Assembly: GCA_040771865.1 (NCBI GenBank)
Contig: JAXGZF010000010.1
Coordinates: forward strand, 1-64,000
Length of the DNA stretch: 64,000 nt
Reading direction: 5' to 3'
DNA from: Desulfobacterales bacterium
GTDB lineage: Bacteria; Desulfobacterota; Desulfobacteria; Desulfobacterales; UBA2245
This document shows, in pieces, positions 48,063 through 56,559 of this stretch (within the stretch, counting starts at the first letter, position 1; every line of letters starts with the position of its first letter). The notes under the pieces were generated by a model. That model was not told the DNA's origin and did no database searches. It saw only the letters and a program-made list of their open reading frames with translations. Made by a program: the position numbers and the translations under genes.

Positions 48063-49667
48063 ATGATGAACGCATCCAATGTTTTTGAAAAAGTTTGTCT
48101 GGCCTTTGCGAATCCCGCTTTTTATCCGCATCCTGCTTCTGGAATTGAGCGGCGCGATACCCATATTTCAGCGGTTTTTCTGACCGGCCCGTGGGTCTAC
48201 AAACTCAAAAAAAGCGTGGATTTCGGATTCCTTGATTTTCGAACCCTGAAGGCACGAAAACACTTTTGCGAGATGGAAATCCTTTTGAATCGCAGACTCA
48301 GCCAGGGCATCTATGATGCAGCGGTACCGGTATATATGGATGCCGACGGGCGCATCAGTCTCAGACCTGAAGGGAATGTGGTTGAATATGCCGTGAGAAT
48401 GAAGCAGCTTTCCGATGAATGCTGCATGGCAACCATGCTGTCCGAAGATCAGGTCCGCGCAGAGCATCTATCGGGTCTGGGGAAATATCTGGCGGACTTC
48501 TACGCTCGAAGCCAGCGCAATTCTGAGATCGACTCCTTTGGAAGCATCAAACAGGTGGAATTCAATGTCGAGGAAAACTTTCAGCAGGTCGCGCCCTATG
48601 TCGATGCTTTTCTGGATCCGCAACAATGGGAGCATATCTGTAAAACGAGCCGGGCTTTTCTCAGAGACCGTGGGAGTTTGTTTCAGAAACGGATCCGCGC
48701 GGGTCGCATTTGCGACGGACACGGAGATCTTCGGGCGGAACATGTATATTTTCAGGACGGGATTCAGATTCTGGACTGTATCGAGTTTAATGACCGCTTT
48801 CGGTACGGGGATGTTGCCGTGGATCTGGCCTTTCTTCATATGGATCTGGAATATAGGGGATATTCCGAAAAAAGCCAGGGATTGCTTCGTTCTTATGTAG
48901 AGCGGGCGAACGATGCCCAGCTTTATGCGATGCTGGACTTTTACGGCGCCTACCGGGCCGTCGTCCGCCTGAAAGTGTCCTGCTTGACCCTGGACGGACT
49001 GAAACCGGAAGCGGCCGCTTATATGAAAAAGGCCGTCTCTCACTATCAGGATCTTGCTTACGAGTACGCCCTGCGATTCAGCCGCCCAACCCTCTGGATT
49101 TTTTGCGGCCTTCCGGCAACAGGAAAATCATCACTGGCCAGGGAGGTTCAATCCATACTGGATATTCCATGGCTTCAATCCGATAAAATCAGAAGACTGG
49201 AACTGTCTAAAACCCCCGAAGTCACCGCTTACGGACAGGGAATTTACCGCCCCGAATCCAGAGATCTGATTTATCAGCGGCTCCTGGAGGAAGCCGCAAG
49301 ATATCTGGAAAATGGAAGTTCGGCAATAGTGGACGCCACATTTTCACGGAGCGTGTGGCGGGAACATGCGCTTCGAATTGCGAATGAGTGTGAAAGCGAC
49401 ATTATTTTTGTGGAATGCCGGTGCAGCGAGGATCAGATCGTTCAACGACTTCGGCAAAGAGAAATCACCCAAGGACTTTCAGATGCGCGGCTGGAGCATC
49501 TGCCGGACATGATCAGGGAATTTGAGTCCATGGAGACCATTGAAGGGCAGTACCGCATTGCCATCGACGCCTATGGATCTGTTTCTCGATGCGCACACCA
49601 CATTGTTTCCCAGGGATATGACCGCAAGTGCGCCCGGATCAAGCAACTGATGAAAAGACCAGCCTGA
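48063..49667 (+). CDS. Bifunctional aminoglycoside-phosphotransferase-like / AAA_33 P-loop kinase protein
   Basis: THIS..FL..VYKLKK, HGDL, DCIEFN; GLPATGKS, VDATF, SDA. Confidence 0.88.
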   Translation: MMNASNVFEKVCLAFANPAFYPHPASGIERRDTHISAVFLTGPWVYKLKKSVDFGFLDFRTLKARKHFCEMEILLNRRLSQGIYDAAVPVYMDADGRISLRPEGNVVEYAVRMKQLSDECCMATMLSEDQVRAEHLSGLGKYLADFYARSQRNSEIDSFGSIKQVEFNVEENFQQVAPYVDAFLDPQQWEHICKTSRAFLRDRGSLFQKRIRAGRICDGHGDLRAEHVYFQDGIQILDCIEFNDRFRYGDVAVDLAFLHMDLEYRGYSEKSQGLLRSYVERANDAQLYAMLDFYGAYRAVVRLKVSCLTLDGLKPEAAAYMKKAVSHYQDLAYEYALRFSRPTLWIFCGLPATGKSSLAREVQSILDIPWLQSDKIRRLELSKTPEVTAYGQGIYRPESRDLIYQRLLEEAARYLENGSSAIVDATFSRSVWREHALRIANECESDIIFVECRCSEDQIVQRLRQREITQGLSDARLEHLPDMIREFESMETIEGQYRIAIDAYGSVSRCAHHIVSQGYDRKCARIKQLMKRPA

Positions 49668-49743
49668 AATGCCGCATGTATCCAATGTGTCGGTATTGCT
49701 CAGTCCCGGATCCGCCGTCTGAATTCTTCAAACCGTTGCCGTT

Positions 49744-50793
49744 TCACGGCGCTACTCGAATTTTTTCCGAATCATCGGATAAAATGGTTCCGATGTCTGC
49801 CGCAACAATCTGCTTTTTCTCAAGATCGCTGATCAGCGAAACGGTATCCTCCTCTTTGAGGCAGATCAGCAGCCCCCCGGAAGTCTGCGGGTCATAAAGG
49901 ACATCACGCATGACGTCGTCTATGGCCGGATCCATAATTACCATGGGCTCCCGGAATGTGCGATTCTTGTGAGCGCCGGCTGGAACAAGGCCGATGGCGG
50001 CATATTCCATGGCTTCAGGAAGGACCGGTACACAAGCGCTTTTGAGTAAAACGCTGCATCCTGAACCGGCGGTCATTTCGGCCATGTGGCCCAACAGTCC
50101 GAAACCCGTGATATCGGTGCAGGCATGGACGGTATATTGCTTCATGATTTCCGCCGCCTGCCGGTTCAGGGCCGCCATCAGACGGGTCGCTTTTTCAATA
50201 ACCTCCGGACCGGCCAGCCCCCCCTTGACAGCCGTATTGATGATCCCCGTTCCAAGGGGTTTGGTCAGCACCAGATGATCGCCCGGAATCAGTCTGCTCT
50301 TAATCAGCACCTCCCGGGGATGAATAAATCCGGTGACCGACAACCCGTATTTGAGTTCAGGGTCTTCAACGCTGTGACCGCCGACAAGAGCAACGGCGGC
50401 TTCCTTGAGCTTGTCTATGCCGCCCTGAAGGATCTGGCGCAAGATGCCGACATCCATCTGCTTGATGGGAAAGGCAACAATATTCATGGCGGTCTTGGGA
50501 ACTCCGCCCATGGCGTAGATATCGCTCAATGCGTTGGCCGCGGCAATCTGTCCAAACCAGTAAGGATCATCCACAATAGGCGTGAAGAAATCCAGGGTCT
50601 GAATCAGGGCAAGCTCGTCGTTTATTTTATAAACTCCGGCGTCATCGGCTCGATCCATACCTACTATGACGTTTTCATCTGTGGGAAACGTCAACCCGCA
50701 TAAAGCCCGGTCCAGGTCCCCTGGCGCCAGCTTGGACGCTCAGCCGGCTCCTGAGACGGTCTCGGTTAAACGGCGCGGCTCAATACTGCCCAT
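49744..50793 (-). CDS. selD: Selenide, water dikinase (selenoprotein; UGA-Sec at codon 18)
   Basis: MGSIEPRRLTETVSGAG-U-ASKL in frame upstream of the ORF-track start; DDAGVY, DFFTP, GGHS, DITGFGLLGH, DPQTSGGLL. Confidence 0.95.
50705..50739 (-). promoter_or_regulatory. Candidate bacterial SECIS element
   Basis: Directly 3' of the UGA at 50742-50740: CCAGG-GGA-CCUGG stem-loop, with alternative GUCCA/UGGAC pairing. Confidence 0.55.
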
Positions 50794-50978
50794 ACTCGCA
50801 CTTCCTTGCTTAAAAAAATAAAATGGTCATATCTCATCGGCTTGTGGAACTCCGATACAGCTTGACATGTAAGGCTATAGTTTATAGTTTTCTATAAAAT
50901 TTATTCTAAACGATATTTAGACTTTATTCAACCCGAGAGCCGGTTCTGCTCATTGATTCTTTTCGTGGAGGCTGAATT

Positions 50979-51353
50979 ATGAAAGGCTATCTCTATATCA
51001 TCAGCACGATGTCGTTTTTATTCGGAATCGCCCTGGTTCTTTACACAGATACTTTAAGAAATCGGCATAGGTCCCTTATGTCAATAGGCAAAACGGCAAG
51101 ACGTGTCATCTCGTTTTTCGTTCTTGCAGCAGGCGTAACGCTGGCCTTTGCCGCAGTGGACAGCTTGAATTTTGAGTTTATTCTCGGTTCGGGAATTATC
51201 GTTGCCCTTGCGGGGCTGGTTTTTTCAATCAACCCCCGACACATTTTTGAAAAGACTGTAGAATGGTTTGTTGATAAGGCGTCATCTCGGGTTTTGCGGC
51301 TCTGTGCCGTGCTGATGATTGTGATGGGCGAAGCGATTTGGTTTTTGACTTAG
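50979..51353 (+). CDS. Small four-TM hypothetical membrane protein
   Basis: GGAGG RBS; four hydrophobic segments. Confidence 0.7.
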   Translation: MKGYLYIISTMSFLFGIALVLYTDTLRNRHRSLMSIGKTARRVISFFVLAAGVTLAFAAVDSLNFEFILGSGIIVALAGLVFSINPRHIFEKTVEWFVDKASSRVLRLCAVLMIVMGEAIWFLT

Positions 51354-51467
51354 TGCCAACATGTTTATTATTTAAAAACAAAATGTTAGATATGAATATA
51401 TTAACATAATATTTATAAATATATTCTAACACACTAAGATATAAGAATAATTTGAAATAATTTTATA

Positions 51468-52994
51468 TCATAATATTTCAGCTACAGGGATTGTGGCGAT
51501 ATCGGCAAATTTGAAGCTGGGCTGATCGTGTTCAGCGAGCATATCGGCCACGCGTGCAAAAGAATTTTCAGTAAAAACCGTTCTTTCTCCATTTTTCCTT
51601 TGAATGCCGAATCGAATTGAGGAAAGATCTTCGGTTCCCAACTTGTTGATTACGTTTTTCGTCACCCAGATAGAGCCGTAACGGGCGAAATCCGAGAGTC
51701 GAGCGGCATAGTTGATGGTGTCTCCCAGCGCGGTAAATTCAACAAATGAAGCGCAACGTATTGTTCCACAGAATTCCTGTCCCTCATTGATGCCGATGTT
51801 CAGGTAAAAATCATTAAGCCAGCCTTTGCGAACCCGCCACTTCTCGCTGAAAACCTTAATTCTTTCACGCATCTCTCTTGCGCAATTAATGGCATTCAAC
51901 ACATGGTTGCCGCCATTGGGACGATTGAGGAAATAATAAACGAACCCGTCTCCGGCGTGCTTCCCACAGATTCCATCGTGTTTTTCAATGCAGCCTGTCA
52001 GGGATTCCCACAACTGGTTGATCATCTCGAAATATTCGGCAGGAGGCAATTCTGCGCAGATTCGGACGGAATCCTGCAGGTCCGCCACGAGCACGCTAAG
52101 CGATTCCAAGGACGGAATTCGTTTCCGGAGCAGATCGGCGATGATATTGCGGCGCTGTCCCAAAAAATCCAGAACATGACCGGGGGATTCTTCAGCAGGC
52201 ACATATACAAGAAACAATCCCTCCCGAAAATGCACGCAATAAATGTGGTAGACCTGAGTGGTTTCATCCCTCAGCTCGAATCGCCCCCAAAGGTCACAGA
52301 TCTCCTTGTATTCCACCGCTACGGCATCATCATACAGGTTTTTCAGCAAATGGATTTCGCTTTCTCCGACCCCGGAAAACAAAGTGGGAATGTCGGTCCT
52401 GGGCAGGTTGTTTTTAACAACACTCAGATGGAGGCTAATGATTTGCTGCCAGTTTTGAACATGGTCATGAAATTGCCATTTGAAAAAAAGCTTGAAAATA
52501 TTGCGGGACGCCAGTTCTTCAATGGAGCGGAGAGGTTGATTGAAAATCTTTTCCTGAGCCGCGTCATTGATCCATTCAATCTCAAAATGGTGATTAATTA
52601 AGTAAGCTGGAACATTGAGTTTGTCGACGGTCAATGTCAGGCGGGAATCATCGCTCGTTGTTTCAGGAGCCTGAGTTGGAGAATTGGTTCTTCTGTCATC
52701 CGTATGACCGTCGTCATTTCTGTTTAAAGGATCGATTTTTTTAAAACGGGCCGCAATTTCATCAATGGTATGATTTTCCCGTTTCAACTGTTTGACCTTC
52801 GAAATTCTGTCAAGGACTTCCTTGGGAAAATAACCGATCTGTTTTACCCCTTTGATGGTTGCACCAGGATTTTTAACGATTGGACGCGGCAAAATTCCCA
52901 ATTTGATATAATTGTTGAGAGTGGCTCGGGAAATGTTTGACTGTGCTAAAACCTCCTTACTTGAAATCCATCCGCATAAATCTGTCGGATTCAC
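51468..52994 (-). CDS. Class III adenylate cyclase with N-terminal MerR-like HTH and PAS-like segment
   Basis: ISRATLNNYIKLGILPRP HTH; VADLQDS, KHAGDG, IGINEG, TALGDTINYAARL; GTG start after GGAGG. Confidence 0.88.
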   Translation of the reverse strand: MNPTDLCGWISSKEVLAQSNISRATLNNYIKLGILPRPIVKNPGATIKGVKQIGYFPKEVLDRISKVKQLKRENHTIDEIAARFKKIDPLNRNDDGHTDDRRTNSPTQAPETTSDDSRLTLTVDKLNVPAYLINHHFEIEWINDAAQEKIFNQPLRSIEELASRNIFKLFFKWQFHDHVQNWQQIISLHLSVVKNNLPRTDIPTLFSGVGESEIHLLKNLYDDAVAVEYKEICDLWGRFELRDETTQVYHIYCVHFREGLFLVYVPAEESPGHVLDFLGQRRNIIADLLRKRIPSLESLSVLVADLQDSVRICAELPPAEYFEMINQLWESLTGCIEKHDGICGKHAGDGFVYYFLNRPNGGNHVLNAINCAREMRERIKVFSEKWRVRKGWLNDFYLNIGINEGQEFCGTIRCASFVEFTALGDTINYAARLSDFARYGSIWVTKNVINKLGTEDLSSIRFGIQRKNGERTVFTENSFARVADMLAEHDQPSFKFADIATIPVAEIL

Positions 52995-53003
52995 GGTTCA
53001 GCC

Positions 53004-53036
53004 TCCATAAGTAGTTGAAGTCCATAAGTAGAAGTC
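53004..53036. repeat. Direct repeat overlapping the cyclase RBS
   Basis: TCCATAAGTAG at 53004-53014 and 53021-53031, each followed by GAAGTC. Confidence 0.7.
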
Positions 53037-53288
53037 AATTTTAACACTAAATTATACAGACCGTTATATCTGCCTAAATAAACCGTTTTAGTAGCCATGT
53101 CAAGCAATTTATAGTGTCCAAGCAGTATTATTTTGTTTTTATCACGAGTTGACATAAGACTGTACGTCCTACAGCCAAACAGTATAATTAAACTGGCTAT
53201 AACAAATTGTCGATTGCTGCCTTCTGGATTTTCTGATATAGAATCACTCTTTAATTACCATCAGAACCAAAGAGAATCGGAATTATAT

Positions 53289-53660
53289 ATGGATGCAAAA
53301 TACATCGGAGCCATTGTCGGCTTTATTTTGGGAATAGCTGGATATCCATTGGCCAAATTCTGGATAATACCTATCATAAGATTTAAACAGGTCCGGAGTC
53401 GGACGCTGAAATTGATGTCTTGCGTTGAAGACGCTTTTGACTTCGGCAGACTTCAGGAAACCATGGTTACTAAACTTAGACAGAACAGCATTCTGCTGAA
53501 CGAAAAGTATAATCGCTTACATCCTGCTTATCGGTCCTTTCTTGTAAATAAGGGCGTTTCGGTTAACGATGCGGGTAAACACCTATTAAAGCTTGCCAAT
53601 ACGCACAATTCAGAGCATGCCAGAAACCATGTTTCAAAAATTATAGACTGTCTAAAATGA
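53289..53660 (+). CDS. Hypothetical protein with N-terminal TM helix
   Basis: MDAKYIGAIVGFILGIAGYPL TM followed by a helical soluble domain; AT-rich. Confidence 0.55.
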   Translation: MDAKYIGAIVGFILGIAGYPLAKFWIIPIIRFKQVRSRTLKLMSCVEDAFDFGRLQETMVTKLRQNSILLNEKYNRLHPAYRSFLVNKGVSVNDAGKHLLKLANTHNSEHARNHVSKIIDCLK

Positions 53661-53674
53661 TGAACGGCTCCACT

Positions 53675-55060
53675 TTATCGGTATACGCGCATTCTTGCTT
53701 CCGCAGCGGATTTCAACACGTCAACCCGAATGTCTACATAGTCGAAAACCCGGGCTTGGGACTTTCCGGGCGCAGGCCTGAGAATCCTCCCGAGATATTG
53801 AAGAACTCTGCCGCTAAAACGTATGGGCGTTGTCATGAATAAGGTAGACAGATTACTGCAATCAAACCCTTCGCCTATCAGCTGACCGGTCGCCACAAGC
53901 GCCCTGGCCTGTCCGGAATTAATTCTGTCCAGAACCGTTCTTCGTTCCGAAGCCGACATGTCTCCGGTCAGAAGCTCCGCATCAATCTTATGTCCATAGG
54001 TCAGCAACGCATGAAGCGTTCGACAGTGGTTTTTACGATCGGATAGTATCAGACTTACTCCCGGACGAGATTGCACCTCCCGGGCCACATCCGATGCGAT
54101 CAGGCGGTTGCGCGCATCGTCCGCCACGAGTTCGGAAAGCATTCGACTGTATTCCTTTACCGGATCAAAATAGGGCTTGAATTCGGTTTCTCGGACCACG
54201 ACCTCGGCCTTTAACACGGCGCCGTCTTCGATCAGCTTCTCGGCATCCATTTCATGATGCACACCGCCCAGATGCCAGAAGATGAGACGGCTCAGCCCGT
54301 CCCTGCGCCAGGGAGTCGCGCTCAGGCCGAGCATGTATTTGCAGTCAAACCCGATGACCGCTTCGGTGAAAGTGCGGCTTGGAATTCGATGGCATTCATC
54401 TACGATCAGATGGCCGGTCTGCTTGAAAATTTCTTCCACGTGTCGATACAGGCTTTGAACCAGAGCAACGGTAATAATTTCACCCACCCGGCGTTTGCCG
54501 TCTCCAATAAAGCCGATCTCGTTTTCGGAAAGTCCCAGAAATTGTGCAATACGCTCTATCCACTGGAATGCCAGTTCCTTGGTGTGAACCACGATCAAGG
54601 CGGGCTGGCGCCGTACGGCGATCATGTAAAGCGCCATGATGGTTTTGCCGGAACCGGTCGGAGCGCTCAACGTGCCGAAATCTTTGGCCAGCATGTGGTT
54701 GACAGCGACCTGCTGATACGGTCTTAGACTTCCTGAAAAGCAATATTCCACCGGAGCCAACGCTCTCCGGCGATCAACAATTTCATAGGCTACGGAATGC
54801 CGGCGGCAAAGATGAATGATCTGTCGAATGCATCCTCGCGGAACGATCAGTGCATTACCGGCGCCCTTGGAGTAAAATTTAAGGATTTTGGGTGTGCCGC
54901 GGTTCCACCGCCCCATTCGGTGATTTTCTATCCATTTGGGGTTGTCAAAGCTGAGTCTTTCCATCACCTCGTTGCGAAAATTCTCCGGCATGCCGGTGAT
55001 CCTCAGCCTGTCTTTCAGCGTCAACTGGATGGAATGGACCTGTGTATGGTCTGTTGTCAT
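53675..55060 (-). CDS. SF2 DEAD/DEAH helicase (ResIII/XPB-like)
   Basis: LRPYQ, APTGSGKT, DECH, SAT, EGFD, QYLGRILR. Confidence 0.93.
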   Translation of the reverse strand: MTTDHTQVHSIQLTLKDRLRITGMPENFRNEVMERLSFDNPKWIENHRMGRWNRGTPKILKFYSKGAGNALIVPRGCIRQIIHLCRRHSVAYEIVDRRRALAPVEYCFSGSLRPYQQVAVNHMLAKDFGTLSAPTGSGKTIMALYMIAVRRQPALIVVHTKELAFQWIERIAQFLGLSENEIGFIGDGKRRVGEIITVALVQSLYRHVEEIFKQTGHLIVDECHRIPSRTFTEAVIGFDCKYMLGLSATPWRRDGLSRLIFWHLGGVHHEMDAEKLIEDGAVLKAEVVVRETEFKPYFDPVKEYSRMLSELVADDARNRLIASDVAREVQSRPGVSLILSDRKNHCRTLHALLTYGHKIDAELLTGDMSASERRTVLDRINSGQARALVATGQLIGEGFDCSNLSTLFMTTPIRFSGRVLQYLGRILRPAPGKSQARVFDYVDIRVDVLKSAAEARMRVYR

Positions 55061-55252
55061 CTTGATACCCCCTTGTTTGTCAAAAATTTAATACATCAAC
55101 GCCACGGTAAGAACAAGCATTCGAATCAAAAAGCAGTCTTTATCAGCAGTTGTTTTGGGGATGTTGCCATCCAATTGGACTGCGGCCAGTTTTGATAAAA
55201 AATTTTTCCATACAGAAGATGCGGGTCAATAATTCAGGTCATTGAGAGCCAG

Positions 55253-55368
55253 CCTTCAAGGCTTCTTTTGCCGATAGTGTTTGCCGCCAATCCCAGGCCC
55301 CGGGCATGCTCAACCTGATCGGATCACCTTCCAATATCGTGATCAGCGACGACCTGGTCGGCGCGGGC
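55253..55368 (+). pseudogene. Internal remnant of an SLC13/DASS permease gene
   Basis: PSRLLLPIVFAAN..GMLNLIGSPSNIVISDDLVGAG with a frameshift; aligns to 59526-59636. Confidence 0.75.
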
Positions 55369-55589
55369 AGAAGCCGTATTGATTTTGTTTTTTCCCTTTG
55401 GTAAAAAGAATATACATGAAAAAATCCTGCCTGCCGGGCACAGCGGCGAGCTTCGGGCAGTCAGAGTAAATCCCTTTATCGTTGTATTCCGCTATTCAGT
55501 TAAGCCAATGCCGACTGTTTCCCGAAGGGTCTTTGTGCAACAAAAGCCCGCCATCGCTTTTGAAAACAAGCCATATCAGGGAGGCATAC

Positions 55590-56531
55590 ATGAAGAAACC
55601 CCTTTTGGATTTGCTGATCTGCCCGGCCTGCCTGCCGGATGAAATTCAATTGAAGGAAACCATCAAAGAAGCCTCGGAGGGCGACATTTTCAAAGGAAAG
55701 TTGGCCTGCCCGCAATGCCGCAAGGCCTATCCCATCGAAAACGGGATCGCCAATCTAAATCCGAATGCATCTTTCGGCAAAACTTCGACCGAAAACAAAT
55801 ATGAAACTCCACAGGTGGTCTCCACCTACCTGTGGAGTCATTACGCGGATATTTTAAACGATGAAAATGCTTCGGACGCCTATTGCCGGTGGGCGGACCT
55901 GATGCAACCCCATGACGGCGTCGCGATCGACGCGGGGGCCGCAGCGGGAAGATTCACCTTCGAAATGGGGCAAAAAAGCGATCTCGCAATTGGCCTCGAC
56001 AATTCGCATGCCTTTATTCGAACGGCCAGAGAGTTGATGAAGCGCCGTGAAATAAGGATAGCGCTGAAACAGGAGGGAAACATTACCACCGATGTCGCCT
56101 TGTCCCTTCCCCCGGAATGGAACAGCGAAAAGGTTGAATTCATCGTCGCCGACGCCCTGGCGCTGCCTTTTCGAACCGACAGCGCCGCGTCGCTTTCCTC
56201 TTTGAACCTGATCGACAAGGTGCCGCGACCGATCCTGCACCTCGAGGAAATGAACCGGGTGGTCCGCAAGGAGGGCGCCCAGTTCCTCCTTTCAGATCCA
56301 TTTTCATGGTCCGAGGAGGCCGCCAGTGAAGCGGAGTGGCTGGGCGGCAAGACCAGCGGTCCTTATGCCGGCAGAGGCATTGACAATGTCATGTCTCTTC
56401 TGAACGGCAACCTGAACCGGCTGACTCCCAGATGGAACATAACGTCGTACGGGCATGTATGGTGGAAGATTCGTACGCATGCCAACCACTTTGAACAGAT
56501 TCGAAGCTGTTATGTAAAAGCCGGCAGGTAG
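55590..56531 (+). CDS. SAM-dependent methyltransferase with Trm112-like Zn ribbon; resembles the OvoA C-terminal mercaptohistidine N-methyltransferase
   Basis: CPAC..CPQC; YET..VSTY..HY; DAGAAAGRFTFE; GLDNSHAFI; KVEF..DA; NLID; DPFSWSEE...WLGG; GGAGG RBS before ATG 55590. Confidence 0.8.
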   Translation: MKKPLLDLLICPACLPDEIQLKETIKEASEGDIFKGKLACPQCRKAYPIENGIANLNPNASFGKTSTENKYETPQVVSTYLWSHYADILNDENASDAYCRWADLMQPHDGVAIDAGAAAGRFTFEMGQKSDLAIGLDNSHAFIRTARELMKRREIRIALKQEGNITTDVALSLPPEWNSEKVEFIVADALALPFRTDSAASLSSLNLIDKVPRPILHLEEMNRVVRKEGAQFLLSDPFSWSEEAASEAEWLGGKTSGPYAGRGIDNVMSLLNGNLNRLTPRWNITSYGHVWWKIRTHANHFEQIRSCYVKAGR

Positions 56532-56559
56532 TTCAACAAATCCAGAGGAGATCAACCCG

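Noticed and set aside
53289..55060. Helicase plus small membrane protein as an anti-phage system
   Set aside because: The genes are convergent, with no nuclease, methylase or other effector; a solitary SF2 helicase is not enough evidence
49744..56531. selD plus OvoA-like methyltransferase as an ovoselenol/selenoneine cluster
   Set aside because: selD is 4.8 kb away, divergent and separated by unrelated genes; no SenB-type glycosyltransferase or SenA/OvsA homolog is seen; it looks like the housekeeping Sec-pathway selD
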